64,000 nt of DNA from Oligoflexales bacterium (GCA_041736175.1 JBGSUI010000126.1:1-64000), one strand, 5' to 3'. Shown: positions 9,583 through 21,762, numbered from the stretch's first letter. Numbers and translations are program-made. Notes: generated by a model from the letters alone, not told the origin.

Positions 9583-10563
9583 TTAGGTGCGCTGGAGGCC
9601 GGGTATCAGGGATTTTATTCCTAGGAGTGCAAAGGGTAAGAATCCCTGTGTCTCTTTATCCACCGTCTGACCAAGGGGGCCAAAGAGTTGCCACTCAGTT
9701 CTTCTGGTACCAGCTTCCACAAAGATGTGCCATGGAATGCCTATTTTTTGTTGCAATCCAACGAAAAACGAATTTGTCTCATAGAGCTCAAGGGGCCGAG
9801 GTGGTCCCTCAAGGGCAGCCAGTGGCCTACGATAGTGGTGATCGACTTGAGCCCCTAAATAGATTTTTGGGACATGGGCACGGTATTGAAACCCAACAAT
9901 CATATGTTTTGGAAAAAGCAGGTCGAGATCGATGCCGGTCTTAGAGAGGAGCCGGTAGCCAAGGGCCAACTGATGCTTAATGATCCCCAAACGACTCCAT
10001 CCATTCACTTCGGCGACGAGAAACCCGTCAGGTCTTCCCATGCTGCTAGTCACGGAATTATCGAGACCTCTGAGGTTTAAGTCGCGAAGTCCCCACTGGA
10101 GGCGGAGTTGGCCTTTAACGAGAGGATTTTGAAAGTTGGTGTTTTGGGTTGAATCGGTGCCAGCGGTTTCACCTGGAGCGACCCAAGTTTGAGTTCCATC
10201 AAGGCGTAACGAAGCGGGGGGGATTCCTTCGCCCACATAGGGGGTTAGGGTGACTCCAAGGAGCCCCTCGCCTTGGGTGCCGGATTCTAGGATGCCTTCA
10301 CCATGGAGAAGGATTGCTGCCCTGAGGGGCATCTCCATGGTCAGGGGGTGATTCGCCTTAAGGTGAATCCGGTTCCCGGGCATGGTTACGTTGTCGGGGG
10401 ATTCGGGATCGGCAGTGGGATTTTTGAAGCGGGTGATACTTAATGAAGTGCCGGGACTGGGTGGTGGGGTAATCCCCGCTGGTTCCGCTGCGTCCCCCCT
10501 GGTTCCTCCGGCTCCCATGACATTTGTAGCGCCAAGGGTACTTAATAATATTAATACTATCAT
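9583..10563 (-). CDS. Hypothetical exported protein, possible outer-membrane beta-barrel
   Basis: Signal-like N-terminus; alternating amphipathic strands in the C-terminal half. Confidence 0.5.
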   Translation of the reverse strand: MIVLILLSTLGATNVMGAGGTRGDAAEPAGITPPPSPGTSLSITRFKNPTADPESPDNVTMPGNRIHLKANHPLTMEMPLRAAILLHGEGILESGTQGEGLLGVTLTPYVGEGIPPASLRLDGTQTWVAPGETAGTDSTQNTNFQNPLVKGQLRLQWGLRDLNLRGLDNSVTSSMGRPDGFLVAEVNGWSRLGIIKHQLALGYRLLSKTGIDLDLLFPKHMIVGFQYRAHVPKIYLGAQVDHHYRRPLAALEGPPRPLELYETNSFFVGLQQKIGIPWHIFVEAGTRRTEWQLFGPLGQTVDKETQGFLPFALLGIKSLIPGLQRT

Positions 10564-10755
10564 GGAGTTAATAGAATGTTCTCCGGTTTTAAAAAGGAAG
10601 GCCGTAGCGGATGGGGGTGCTCTTAGGATCAGTATGGCCCCATAAAAATCTTACCAGAAGTCTCGAGTAATTTGACGGCAGCCGCTATCCAAAATATATA
10701 GGGTTCGTCGGTGTTGTGGGGTCGAGGGGGCTCAAAACATTTGGAGAAAAGTTTG

Positions 10756-11568
10756 ATGATCGATATCCAGTCTTCAGAGAGTTTGTCGTCCTTTGCGATC
10801 GATCGCGTGGGGGTCACAGGTCTTAAATATCCATTTATTTTTAGGGATATCGAAACGGGAATCGAACAACCGACCGTGGGTGCATGGACGATTTCGGTCG
10901 CTCTTCCCCAAGAGCGTCGCGGGACCCATATGTCCCGACTGATCGAAAGACTTCACGAGCAGTCGCAACAGGCTTGGACCTTGGACCTTCTCTACCAATG
11001 GGCAGAGACTTTGGCGGCTCCTTTAGATGCACAACTTGTAGATATAAAAGTTGAATTTACTGTTTTTAGAACCGTCTATGCGCCCCAGTCGCAAAAACCC
11101 TCCTTTCTTGAGCACCCTATGGTGTTTCAGGTCCAAACCGGGCCTAAACCCCAAAAGATCATGATCGTCGATACCTTTGTAAAAACCCTATGTCCCTGCT
11201 CTAAAGCGATCTCTGAACGGGGTGCTCACAATCAAAGAAGTCTCATTAGAGCCCACCTCCTCTATCCAGTGGATTCCCAGGAGGTTTCCTTCCACGCGCT
11301 CGCGCAGCTCGTGGAGTCCTGTGCTAGCTCTCCTGTTTATCCGATCCTAAAAAGGGCTGACGAAAAATACGTTACTGAACAGGCCTACGATCATCCTGGT
11401 TTTGTGGAAGACGTGGTTCGTTCGGTGGCACAAAAAGTCGTTGGCTTAGAGGGTTTAAAGGGTTTCACCATCGAAGTCACAAACTATGAATCCATCCATG
11501 CCCATGACTGTTTTGCGAGGGTAACCTGGCAATCCCCTCGTCATCCAGACGTGAACGTGTCAGGATAG
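10756..11568 (+). CDS. folE2: GTP cyclohydrolase IB (FolE2)
   Basis: DIQS...IDRVGV, RGTHMSR, TLCPCSKAIS, GAHNQRS, LKRADEKYVTE, FVEDVVR, ESIHAHD. Confidence 0.95.
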   Translation: MIDIQSSESLSSFAIDRVGVTGLKYPFIFRDIETGIEQPTVGAWTISVALPQERRGTHMSRLIERLHEQSQQAWTLDLLYQWAETLAAPLDAQLVDIKVEFTVFRTVYAPQSQKPSFLEHPMVFQVQTGPKPQKIMIVDTFVKTLCPCSKAISERGAHNQRSLIRAHLLYPVDSQEVSFHALAQLVESCASSPVYPILKRADEKYVTEQAYDHPGFVEDVVRSVAQKVVGLEGLKGFTIEVTNYESIHAHDCFARVTWQSPRHPDVNVSG

Positions 11569-11629
11569 GGGAGAGCTTGAGGGATTCGTTCAATAGAATA
11601 TGTTTAGAAGGTGGGCCCAAGGGAGGTGA

Positions 11630-12292
11630 GTGATGAAACGGATTGGTCTCGTGTTGAGTGGGTCGGGGTTTTTAGATGGTTCTGAAATCCAAGAGACGGT
11701 GCTGACGCTTCTGTGTCTCGCCCGCGCTGCCCAGCCGGTGGAGGTTTTGGCCTATGCTCCCGATTGCAGTCAGTTTGATGTGGTAAACCATCTCAGTAGT
11801 AAGGCGCAGGACCAATCTCGAAACGTTCTGCAGGAATCAGCTCGCATCGTCCGGGGAAAGATCGAGCCCCTTACGGCAGCAGGGGCAGCTCGTCTCGATG
11901 GATTGATCATCCCGGGGGGTTACGGAGCGGCAAAGAATCTATGTTCCTTTGCCAAAGATGGTGCCAATATGCAGGTTTATCCTGACTTGGCAAAACTCCT
12001 TAAAGGGATGAACCAAGACCACAAACCTCTCGGAGCCATCTGTATCGCGCCTGTGATCTTTGGAAAGATTTTTGGACACCAGAAACCCAGGCTTACCGTG
12101 GGTTTTGATCGGGAAGTTGGCATGATCTTGGAGGGGTGGGGAGCCACCGTCATCAAAAAAGATGTGGATGATATCGTCGTCGACGAAGTAAATCGATTGG
12201 TAACAACTCCGGCATTTATGTTGGACCGGAGTTTAGACCTTATGGAAAAGGGTATTGCAAAGCTCGTTCATGAGATTTTGCGCATTGCTTAA
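11630..12292 (+). CDS. elbB: ElbB/ES1 glyoxalase (DJ-1/PfpI superfamily)
   Basis: VLSGSGFLDGSEIQE, RNVLQESARIVRG, PGGYGAAKNL, ICIAP, VTTPAFM. Confidence 0.9.
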   Translation: MMKRIGLVLSGSGFLDGSEIQETVLTLLCLARAAQPVEVLAYAPDCSQFDVVNHLSSKAQDQSRNVLQESARIVRGKIEPLTAAGAARLDGLIIPGGYGAAKNLCSFAKDGANMQVYPDLAKLLKGMNQDHKPLGAICIAPVIFGKIFGHQKPRLTVGFDREVGMILEGWGATVIKKDVDDIVVDEVNRLVTTPAFMLDRSLDLMEKGIAKLVHEILRIA

Positions 12293-12306
12293 AAGGTGGT
12301 TTTAAG

Positions 12307-14058
12307 ATGAAGATTGAGTTTGATGAGAAGGCACAGAAATCAGCTAGGTTCGCTTATTTTTCCATGGAAGTAGCCCTCGATAACGAACTTCCGACCTATT
12401 CGGGCGGATTGGGGGTTTTGGCAGGAGATACTTTGCGGGCTGCAGCGGATATGGCGATGCCAGTCTGTGCGGTCACCCTTCTCTATAGGCAAGGGTACTT
12501 TAAGCAGAGTCTAGGTCCAAAGGGTCATCAGGCAGAACATGCGGTGGAGTGGCGACCGGAGGATGCCCTTGAGCTCCTCCCCTATACGGCAGCGATCACT
12601 ATCGAAGGTAAGCCAGTCCACCTGCGGGCCTATCGCTATATCATCAAGGGGGCCAAGGGACATAAGGTTCCTGTTTATTTTCTTGATACGGCGCTATCGT
12701 CCAATAGTCCAGAGCATCAAAAACTCTCTGGCCAGCTCTATGGGGGCGACGAACATTACCGCCTTTGTCAGGAAGCGCTCTTGGGACAGGGTGGGATTGC
12801 CATGCTGGAGGCTCTAGGTCTGCCACCCCAAAAAAATCTAGACGATCACAAAGGCCCTGGGATTGAAGTCTTCCACATGAACGAAGGTCATGCAGCACTG
12901 CTCACCATGGCGCTTTTGGAAAAGGCCCCTAAAGGAGTGCAAGGGGAGCTGTGGGTTAAGGCTCGATGTGTTTTCACCACCCATACACCTGTGCCTGCTG
13001 GTCATGACACGTTTCCAGTAGCTCTTGCGGAAAAAGTCCTGGGTAAAGGGCTTACCAAACAGTTGATTGATCTCAAGGTTTGCCCCCATGACCGGTTGAA
13101 TATGAGCGAACTTGCGATTCATTTTTCTCGCTTTGTAAACGGAGTGGCAAAGCGCCATGCTGAGGTTTCTCGGAAAATGTTTCCGGGTGTGGCCATCGAG
13201 GCGATCACGAACGGCGTCCATGCGGTATCTTGGACGGCAGATGCCATTCGCGAGCTTTTTGATAAATGGTGCAATGGCTGGCGGGAGGACAACAACTACC
13301 TCCGCTATGCATGCGAGATACCCCTTGTGGATGTCTTCGAAGCCCATAAAGTCGCAAAGGGGGCTCTTCTCGCCGAAGTGGCTAAGCGGACCGGTGTCGT
13401 CCTAAGTCCCAATGTGTTTACCATCGGCTTTGCCCGGCGAGCTGCGGAATATAAGCGGGCTGACCTCCTGTTTCACGATATCGCCGCTCTGGCCAATATT
13501 GGCCGTAAGCATCCCCTTCAGATTGTTTTTGCTGGTAAGGCTCATCCTAAAGACCAAGGTGGCAAAAAGCTGATTGAGCGGGTCTTTGCAGGCGCCGAGT
13601 TGCTTAAGGAACATGGCATCAAGGCGGTGTATGTAGAAAATTACGATATGAATTTTGGTCGCTTGATCACCTCAGGCGCAGATGTATGGCTTAACAACCC
13701 AGTGAAGCCCCTGGAAGCTTCGGGTACCAGCGGAATGAAATCTGCAATCAACGGTGTCCCTAGTCTGTCGACTCTTGATGGCTGGTGGGTTGAGGGTTGT
13801 GTGGAAAATCTAGTGGGATGGGAGATCAAAGACCCTGCTGATGCCTTTGGGGCCGCTAAAGATGACGGAGTCCATCGGGATATCGCGGCTCAATCCCTCT
13901 ATGAGCTTCTGGACCAGTTGATCGTCCCTGGATTTTACAACGACCCCCTTTGGTATGCGGGGATCATGCGTCATGCTATGGCACTTAATGGGCCCTACTT
14001 CAATACCCATAGGATGGTCCTTCAATACCTCGTACAGGCCTATACCCGAAGAGTCTAG
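12307..14058 (+). CDS. glgP: Alpha-glucan (glycogen) phosphorylase
   Basis: AYFSME, YSGGLGVLAGD, HMNEGH, FTTHTPVPAGHD, PLP motif EASGTSGMK. Confidence 0.95.
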   Translation: MKIEFDEKAQKSARFAYFSMEVALDNELPTYSGGLGVLAGDTLRAAADMAMPVCAVTLLYRQGYFKQSLGPKGHQAEHAVEWRPEDALELLPYTAAITIEGKPVHLRAYRYIIKGAKGHKVPVYFLDTALSSNSPEHQKLSGQLYGGDEHYRLCQEALLGQGGIAMLEALGLPPQKNLDDHKGPGIEVFHMNEGHAALLTMALLEKAPKGVQGELWVKARCVFTTHTPVPAGHDTFPVALAEKVLGKGLTKQLIDLKVCPHDRLNMSELAIHFSRFVNGVAKRHAEVSRKMFPGVAIEAITNGVHAVSWTADAIRELFDKWCNGWREDNNYLRYACEIPLVDVFEAHKVAKGALLAEVAKRTGVVLSPNVFTIGFARRAAEYKRADLLFHDIAALANIGRKHPLQIVFAGKAHPKDQGGKKLIERVFAGAELLKEHGIKAVYVENYDMNFGRLITSGADVWLNNPVKPLEASGTSGMKSAINGVPSLSTLDGWWVEGCVENLVGWEIKDPADAFGAAKDDGVHRDIAAQSLYELLDQLIVPGFYNDPLWYAGIMRHAMALNGPYFNTHRMVLQYLVQAYTRRV

Positions 14059-14086
14059 AGCCGCTCGAAGTACCTAAAAGATTACG

Positions 14087-14122
14087 AAAAAATGCCGGCT
14101 CGAGGCGAGCCGGCAAATTTTT
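14087..14122. terminator. Bidirectional intrinsic terminator
   Basis: A-tract, TGCCGGCTCG-AGG-CGAGCCGGCA stem, T-tract; lies between convergent genes. Confidence 0.8.
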
Positions 14123-14147
14123 AGGCTTGTGCTGAAGTTCTAAAGCT

Positions 14148-14342
14148 TTATGCCTTTTTAGAACGGGAACCGGCCTTTTTCTTGCGCTTTTTCTTTTTGG
14201 TCGGTGCAGCACTGCCAGCACTAGCGGTCGCTGCTTTCTTTGCTTTCTTCTTCGCCTTTTTAGCCTTCTTCGCCCCTTTTTTCTTCTTAGCTGCAGCGGG
14301 CGCCTTCTTCTTTACAGCTTTTTTCTTTTTCTTTTTAACCAA
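14148..14342 (-). CDS. Small Lys/Ala-rich histone H1-like basic protein
   Basis: 64 aa, about half Lys, no acidic residues; TTG start preceded by GGAGGAG RBS; terminator directly downstream. Confidence 0.8.
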   Translation of the reverse strand: MVKKKKKKAVKKKAPAAAKKKKGAKKAKKAKKKAKKAATASAGSAAPTKKKKRKKKAGSRSKKA

Positions 14343-14640
14343 GGTTTTTCTCCTCCCTACACGTTAACAAAATCCCTAAAATTTAGGGAATAGAAACCAA
14401 AATCGTCGGAACCCTCTACTCCTCATCGAACCCACCTTACCTCCTCGTCACCAACTACTTGCTCTCAGGATTTGTTTTTAGAAAAGTGGTCACGAGAAAG
14501 CCTGCTCTTTAGATGTTATCATGAAGTCACTCAATGATGTAAATCTTTGCCCAATTAAAAATGACCTTAGAAACACTTTTTTGATCTCTTGGCCCATTCG
14601 CATCACACCAAGATCTCTTCCATCACACCAACCTCACTCC

Positions 14641-14667
14641 GTATCGGCAGGTCAAAAAAATAATTTA
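14641..14667 (-). promoter_or_regulatory. Putative sigma28 (FliA) promoter
   Basis: Minus strand reads TAAA-N15-GCCGATAC against consensus TAAA-N15-GCCGATAA. Confidence 0.65.
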
Positions 14668-14911
14668 GAGACTCTTTGAGAAAAATTGAAGTCGGCAAAA
14701 AAAATCTCCAAGTCACCATGCCCATGCAATCGCTGCTCCAACGGTGCCCCACACTTCCAATTGGGATGGAGGCTAATTAAATCTATAAACTTGGTAAAAG
14801 GCAAGGAAAGTTTATTCATTCCAGTGAAAAGGTTTTCATTGGGACGTAGGATGGAGTCGCGAAAAAAGAAGATTTCGGCTACACAACAAACGTCAAACAA
14901 CGGTTTTAGAC

Positions 14912-15256
14912 TTATTTTAGGCACCCTGCATGGATAAAGATCCTCTCGAGGTTATGTTCTTGGTTGTCTGTCGTTAGGCCCACCCGGAATAAATCCTGCT
15001 TGCCAAAATCTCTTTTCACCCAGGCTACAGTCAACGGGATGACCAAGAGATCGCCATTGATCGTGCATTCAAGCGTTGCTTCGGTGCCTTCCTGGACCGC
15101 TTCGGGTATTAAAATTCCGAGCCCATGCTCTGAAATATCAACGGGGCGACAGGATATATTTGATCTGAAACCCTCAATCCTGAGTCGGCCTGGTAAAAGT
15201 CCCGTGAGTCGTTGCCTCTGGGCTAGCCTTTTTTCTTTAAACATTGGTAGTGACAT
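14912..15256 (-). CDS. PilZ-domain c-di-GMP receptor
   Basis: EKRLAQR (RxxxR) and DISEHG (DxSxxG) motifs; GGAGG RBS upstream of ATG 15256. Confidence 0.8.
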   Translation of the reverse strand: MSLPMFKEKRLAQRQRLTGLLPGRLRIEGFRSNISCRPVDISEHGLGILIPEAVQEGTEATLECTINGDLLVIPLTVAWVKRDFGKQDLFRVGLTTDNQEHNLERIFIHAGCLK

Positions 15257-15378
15257 TTTGGTTGTACCTCCTAAAATCGGTATGTCCCTTAAGTGACTGA
15301 ATGGGACTGGTCTTCGACATAAAAACAAGAATTTGTTGCGAGACCGATACCTGTGTTTTCTTCATTAACCATATTCCT

Positions 15379-15405
15379 CCATCGGCAGACATGATGAAAA
15401 ACTTA
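15379..15405 (-). promoter_or_regulatory. Putative sigma28 promoter for the PilZ gene
   Basis: TAAG-N15-GCCGATGG on the minus strand. Confidence 0.55.
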
Positions 15406-15588
15406 GGAATGCTTAAATTTATATTAATAATAGATAGATAGACTGTGCTTAAAAAGCCGATTCCAGGACCCAAATGCTCAAAAGTTAAGGTTTGAAGGGT
15501 TTACGGCTAAAAAAAAGTGGTTTATGGACGACCTCTTCACCACCCAGCTCGATACCCCGTAAACCCTATGGCATAATAGCTATGGGAG

Positions 15589-16446
15589 GTGGTACCTATG
15601 ATTGCAATTTTTCCAGAGACTTTGACCTTTGCTGAAAAAGGTATGATCGAACATCTTGCTGTGTCAGCAAGGCGTTATTTTGAAAGGCTTAGATCTCCCC
15701 TTTTGGATCTTGATGGGCTCCTCAGAAATATGGGGATCGCTGTAGAAGTCACTGGCATCGATGGCTTTGGTGCGCTCCTCGCCCAAGACCGGCAGGGCCG
15801 CTTTACCATAACGATGGTGCTCGAAAAAAAATCAGATGGTTTTAGCCAAAAATTTATCAAAGCCCACCTCCTGGGGCATTACCTGCTTCATCTACAGCCC
15901 ATGATAGCCAGAGGAGAGTTAGGATCCTATGGGTTTAAGGAACTTGATTGCCCTCTACAGCGCTACTCTGTGGGGGGACGAGACGGTGGGATGGGTATGG
16001 AGGCTGATCTTGAACGGGTGCGGGAGGAGCAGTGTGATCAATTCGCCGGTGCTCTCTTGATTCCAAAGGGCATGTTGCAAAAAGCTTGGGGGGCGCTCCA
16101 AGATGTTGAAAAAGTTGCAGACTTTTTTGGTGTTACAAAAACTTGTTTACAGAGACGCATGGTCGACGTAGGGCTTGTCGTCAAAGGGCCTCAGAGTTTT
16201 CTGGAGGCCGAAAAAGCGCTTCGCAGAGAGTCTATTGAAAGGCATCCTCATCCCTCGGAGATAAAACCGAGTGAGTTTCAACTCACTGCACCTAAAACTC
16301 CCCCACTGATCCCCCCATCGTACAGCTCCTCAACAGCTTCGCCATCAGTCCCAAGAAAATCCGAAGCCCTCCCCTTAAAGAACTCCCCTGGTGGCATGTC
16401 CCGACTTCGGGAAATTGCCAAAATGCTTGACAAAAGCCGCGGTTAG
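15589..16446 (+). CDS. ImmA/IrrE-family (DUF955) metallopeptidase-like protein with degenerate HExxH
   Basis: QKFIKAHLLGHYLLH, REEQCDQFAGALLIP, HTH-like VADFFGVTKTCLQRR; Pro/Ser-rich tail. Confidence 0.8.
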   Translation: MVPMIAIFPETLTFAEKGMIEHLAVSARRYFERLRSPLLDLDGLLRNMGIAVEVTGIDGFGALLAQDRQGRFTITMVLEKKSDGFSQKFIKAHLLGHYLLHLQPMIARGELGSYGFKELDCPLQRYSVGGRDGGMGMEADLERVREEQCDQFAGALLIPKGMLQKAWGALQDVEKVADFFGVTKTCLQRRMVDVGLVVKGPQSFLEAEKALRRESIERHPHPSEIKPSEFQLTAPKTPPLIPPSYSSSTASPSVPRKSEALPLKNSPGGMSRLREIAKMLDKSRG

Positions 16447-16521
16447 AACCACCTTTAGGCACCGTCCCAAGGACGATCCTAATAACTCTTCTTATAGACA
16501 TACGAGAAGTGGAGGTGGTGA

Positions 16522-18597
<2,076 letters not shown>

Positions 18598-18607
18598 GTG
18601 GAAATGA

Positions 18608-19879
18608 TTAAGCAGACTGCTTTTTCGTCGGATTCTCTTCAATTTCCATGCGATCAAAATTGATGGCTAGATCCGGTTCCTCAGCGGGGGAATCCGGTCT
18701 GCTCCCCTCAAGTCGTTCTAATCCTCTTTTGGGTTTATCAAAATTAGGTTTATGGAGGAGAGCCTGGGCGTAGTACCATTTGGCTTTTTCGGTGTCGCTA
18801 TTTTTTTCGTGGGCATGGCCGATATTAAACAAGATCCGAGGATCATGGGGTACAAATTTAAGGGCCATCATATACCGAGCGATACCCTCTTGAAACTGGC
18901 CCAGTCGGATATAGGAGGTCCCGAGGGCATTGAGGGTGCTAGCGTCTTTGGTATCCAAGTCGATAGCCTTTGAAAAGTGTTTACGAGCCTTATCATACTC
19001 ATCTTGGGCAAGATAGACGTAGCCTAAACCTTTGTAGCCGTCAGCCAGCCGAGGGCTTAATTGGACGGTTTTTTTAAAGAATTTTTCTGAGGCTTCCAGA
19101 GCCGAGATTTCCAGATAACAGCGTGCAAGGACGAGGGTGTAGCGGGGATTTTCGGGGCTCATCTCGTGGAGGATGATAGCCGTTTGCAGCATACCTGCCC
19201 GGTCTTTGCGCTCTTCTAGGACATCCAACATCATTCTAAAGGCCTCGATATATTCAGGGTTTGCCTGAGTTGCCTGGTTTAAATAGCGTAGTGCCCCCAT
19301 GGAATTTTTCTTTTTTTGCTCGATCATAGCTAAACCAACAAGAGCTTTTGCCGATTTTGCCTGGATACTCAGGGCTTCGTTAAAGAGACTTTCACTAAGA
19401 TTCAAATCCCCTTTTTCTAGCTGCTCGTGGGCAAGATCCAAGATCTGCGCAAGGCGGGTCGGAGACTGTTGCAGTTTGATAATGCTTGCTAACTGATAAC
19501 AAAACTCCTCATAAGAAAACGGTTTGAGAAGGTAGGAATGGATTTTAAGCTCCGAAGCTAGGATCACGTCCTTCCGCAGGTTTTCCGTCGACAAAAGCAT
19601 AAAGGCGGTGTCTTTGTAGCTGGGTTCTTTGCGTAGCGACCGACAAAACTGAAGTCCATTTTCGCCTTCCATCGACCATTCAACGATAAAAAGACCGACC
19701 CGCGCTGTCAGGAGTTCGCGACGGGCCTCTTGGACTGAACTCACCAACTTGATTCTGGTTACTCTGAGATTGGTGAGAAACTGCTTGATGGAAGTCCGGT
19801 AATTGACGGAGGGCTCCACCACAAGGACAACCTTGTCGTGGAGAAACTCAGAGAGGCGTTTTTGGACTGCGTTATTCAT
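18608..19879 (-). CDS. Atypical receiver domain plus TPR-repeat protein
   Basis: VLVVEPS...FIVEWSMEGENG...LLST...YLLKPF receiver fold, followed by several TPRs. Confidence 0.85.
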   Translation of the reverse strand: MNNAVQKRLSEFLHDKVVLVVEPSVNYRTSIKQFLTNLRVTRIKLVSSVQEARRELLTARVGLFIVEWSMEGENGLQFCRSLRKEPSYKDTAFMLLSTENLRKDVILASELKIHSYLLKPFSYEEFCYQLASIIKLQQSPTRLAQILDLAHEQLEKGDLNLSESLFNEALSIQAKSAKALVGLAMIEQKKKNSMGALRYLNQATQANPEYIEAFRMMLDVLEERKDRAGMLQTAIILHEMSPENPRYTLVLARCYLEISALEASEKFFKKTVQLSPRLADGYKGLGYVYLAQDEYDKARKHFSKAIDLDTKDASTLNALGTSYIRLGQFQEGIARYMMALKFVPHDPRILFNIGHAHEKNSDTEKAKWYYAQALLHKPNFDKPKRGLERLEGSRPDSPAEEPDLAINFDRMEIEENPTKKQSA

Positions 19880-20076
19880 CAAAGTAGGTATCGGAAAAAC
19901 CCCCATTGAGCCTTAACTGGGGCGCAGGCAGAGGACCCGGAAGAAAGTAGATAATATTGAAAGTACTAAATAAATTGGGCTTATTTTGGATTTGACGATG
20001 GGACCTAAAAATAACCCTTGCACCTAGACCAAGAGACCCGGTGTAATAGTCATGTCTGGCGGCTAAAGGAGGTCCA

Positions 20077-21762
20077 TTGCAAACCGGGGTGCTTAAATTA
20101 TATAGCCAATCGCTCTTAAGGCACTGGCCCGCTTATCTTTTTGGGACGTTTTTTCTGCTTTTAACGAGCGTTTCAGAGATCGTGGTTCCCAAATTTATCC
20201 AGTGGACGCTTGATGCCGTTCACGTGTCCGCAAAGCTTGGAGGCGGAAGCGGTGCCGCGCAGCTTGGTCACTACGCATGGTCCCTGGGAGCTTTTTTGAT
20301 TTGTGGATTTATCGGGCGGGTCGGCTGGCGGCATCTTTTAGCCCGAAGGACCCACGAGGCAGGGTATGAATTAAAAGTCGATTTTTGGAATGCGCTCCGT
20401 CGCCAACCCCTGTCTGTATTTGATCGCTATACCCTGGGGGATCTCATGAACCGCGCTACGGGGGATTGGCATGCGGCGCGGGTGATTCACGGTTTTACCT
20501 TGGTCTTAACCTTGGACTTGATTTTCTTTACCGTCTTTGCCCTCGTTATGATGTTTGCCATTGACCCCTTTGTGGCGCTTCTCTGCATCTTGATCTTTCC
20601 TTTTTTGCCGCCCAAGATTCTTAAAATTGCCCGCAAAGAACATGATCTTCATCTCGTCGCACAGGAAGAGCTGAGCTCCCTCTCACAGGCAGTCACCCAG
20701 ACTCTCAGCTCCCTGCGGTTTAATCGAGCCACCGATAGCGAAGAGGTGAAAGCTAAGATCCTCACCCAGCATGCCAGGGATTATGCCGATAGGCGGCTTG
20801 CGGTGGTTCAAACAGGATGGAAAATCTATCCTTGGAGTGCCCTTCCGACACTGATCGCCTATGGAATCCTCCTTGGAGTCGGAGTCCTTCAGGTTTCCCG
20901 AGGGCTTTTGACGATTGGCGAGTTTGTGGCCTTACAGTCCTATGTCCTTATGCTGCAAGGCCCCCTTTTGGAGTTAGGAGACTGTATTGCTGAATGGCAA
21001 AAAGGTTTTGCCAGTTTGGGACGCATCCACGAAATCATCGGCCTTAAGGACCGGGTTGACCGGCAGCACTGGCATGACGTCTCAGCGGCCGAGTCGACGC
21101 AACCGCTACCTATCTTAAGACTCAGGGAGGTCTTCTTTCGCTATGGTAGCGAGGGTGACTGGATCCTCAACAATATTCATTTAGCTGTTAATCCTGGGGA
21201 ATGGGCTGGACTCTCGGGTCCCATCGGCGCGGGTAAGACCACGTTGATCCATCTTTGTGCGGGACTACTCCCCTCAAAACAGGGCACGGTGGATATCGGG
21301 GGTCGTGACATTAGTGGTGTGTCAAACCAATGGTTGCGGTCTCAGATTACGGTGATGACCCAACGATCTTTCCTATTTGCGAGCACGATTCGCAGCAATC
21401 TCTGCCTCGATTTAGCTTTTACCGATGAGCAGCTATGGGAGGTCTTGGAAAAGGTCGGGCTGGCTGCGGATTTTTCCCGTTTGCCTGATAAACTGGACGA
21501 AGTTCTCGGTGAGTCAGGGGTAAACCTCTCGGGAGGCCAAAGGCAGCGGCTTGCTTTTGCAAGGGGGCTCTTACGCCTCAATCCCGTACTTTTAATCGAT
21601 GACGCCCTGAGTGCGGTGGATGCACAGACCGAAGCCAAAATCCTTGAGGCTATCAAACCGATCCTTCGGGACAAAACGGTTTTATGGGCAGCCCATAGGG
21701 GATCTACCCTTGGTCTCTGCCACCAGGTCTATCATCTGGAGCGAGGCGTGCTGAGCTTATGA
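20077..21762 (+). CDS. Heterodimeric ABC exporter subunit (MdlA-like)
   Basis: TMD plus NBD; GPIGAGKT, LSGGQRQR, degenerate Walker B IDDALSAVD. Confidence 0.85.
   Translation: MQTGVLKLYSQSLLRHWPAYLFGTFFLLLTSVSEIVVPKFIQWTLDAVHVSAKLGGGSGAAQLGHYAWSLGAFLICGFIGRVGWRHLLARRTHEAGYELKVDFWNALRRQPLSVFDRYTLGDLMNRATGDWHAARVIHGFTLVLTLDLIFFTVFALVMMFAIDPFVALLCILIFPFLPPKILKIARKEHDLHLVAQEELSSLSQAVTQTLSSLRFNRATDSEEVKAKILTQHARDYADRRLAVVQTGWKIYPWSALPTLIAYGILLGVGVLQVSRGLLTIGEFVALQSYVLMLQGPLLELGDCIAEWQKGFASLGRIHEIIGLKDRVDRQHWHDVSAAESTQPLPILRLREVFFRYGSEGDWILNNIHLAVNPGEWAGLSGPIGAGKTTLIHLCAGLLPSKQGTVDIGGRDISGVSNQWLRSQITVMTQRSFLFASTIRSNLCLDLAFTDEQLWEVLEKVGLAADFSRLPDKLDEVLGESGVNLSGGQRQRLAFARGLLRLNPVLLIDDALSAVDAQTEAKILEAIKPILRDKTVLWAAHRGSTLGLCHQVYHLERGVLSL

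Noticed and set aside
14360..14640. c-di-GMP riboswitch or merRNA-like element
   Set aside because: No GEMM core (GGCAAAC...GAAA...GACGCAAA) seen on either strand; an Infernal search would be needed.
15289..15372. 27-aa minus-strand leader ORF (MVNEENTGIG...) upstream of the PilZ gene
   Set aside because: The RBS is very close to the ATG and overlaps the predicted promoter; no supporting evidence.
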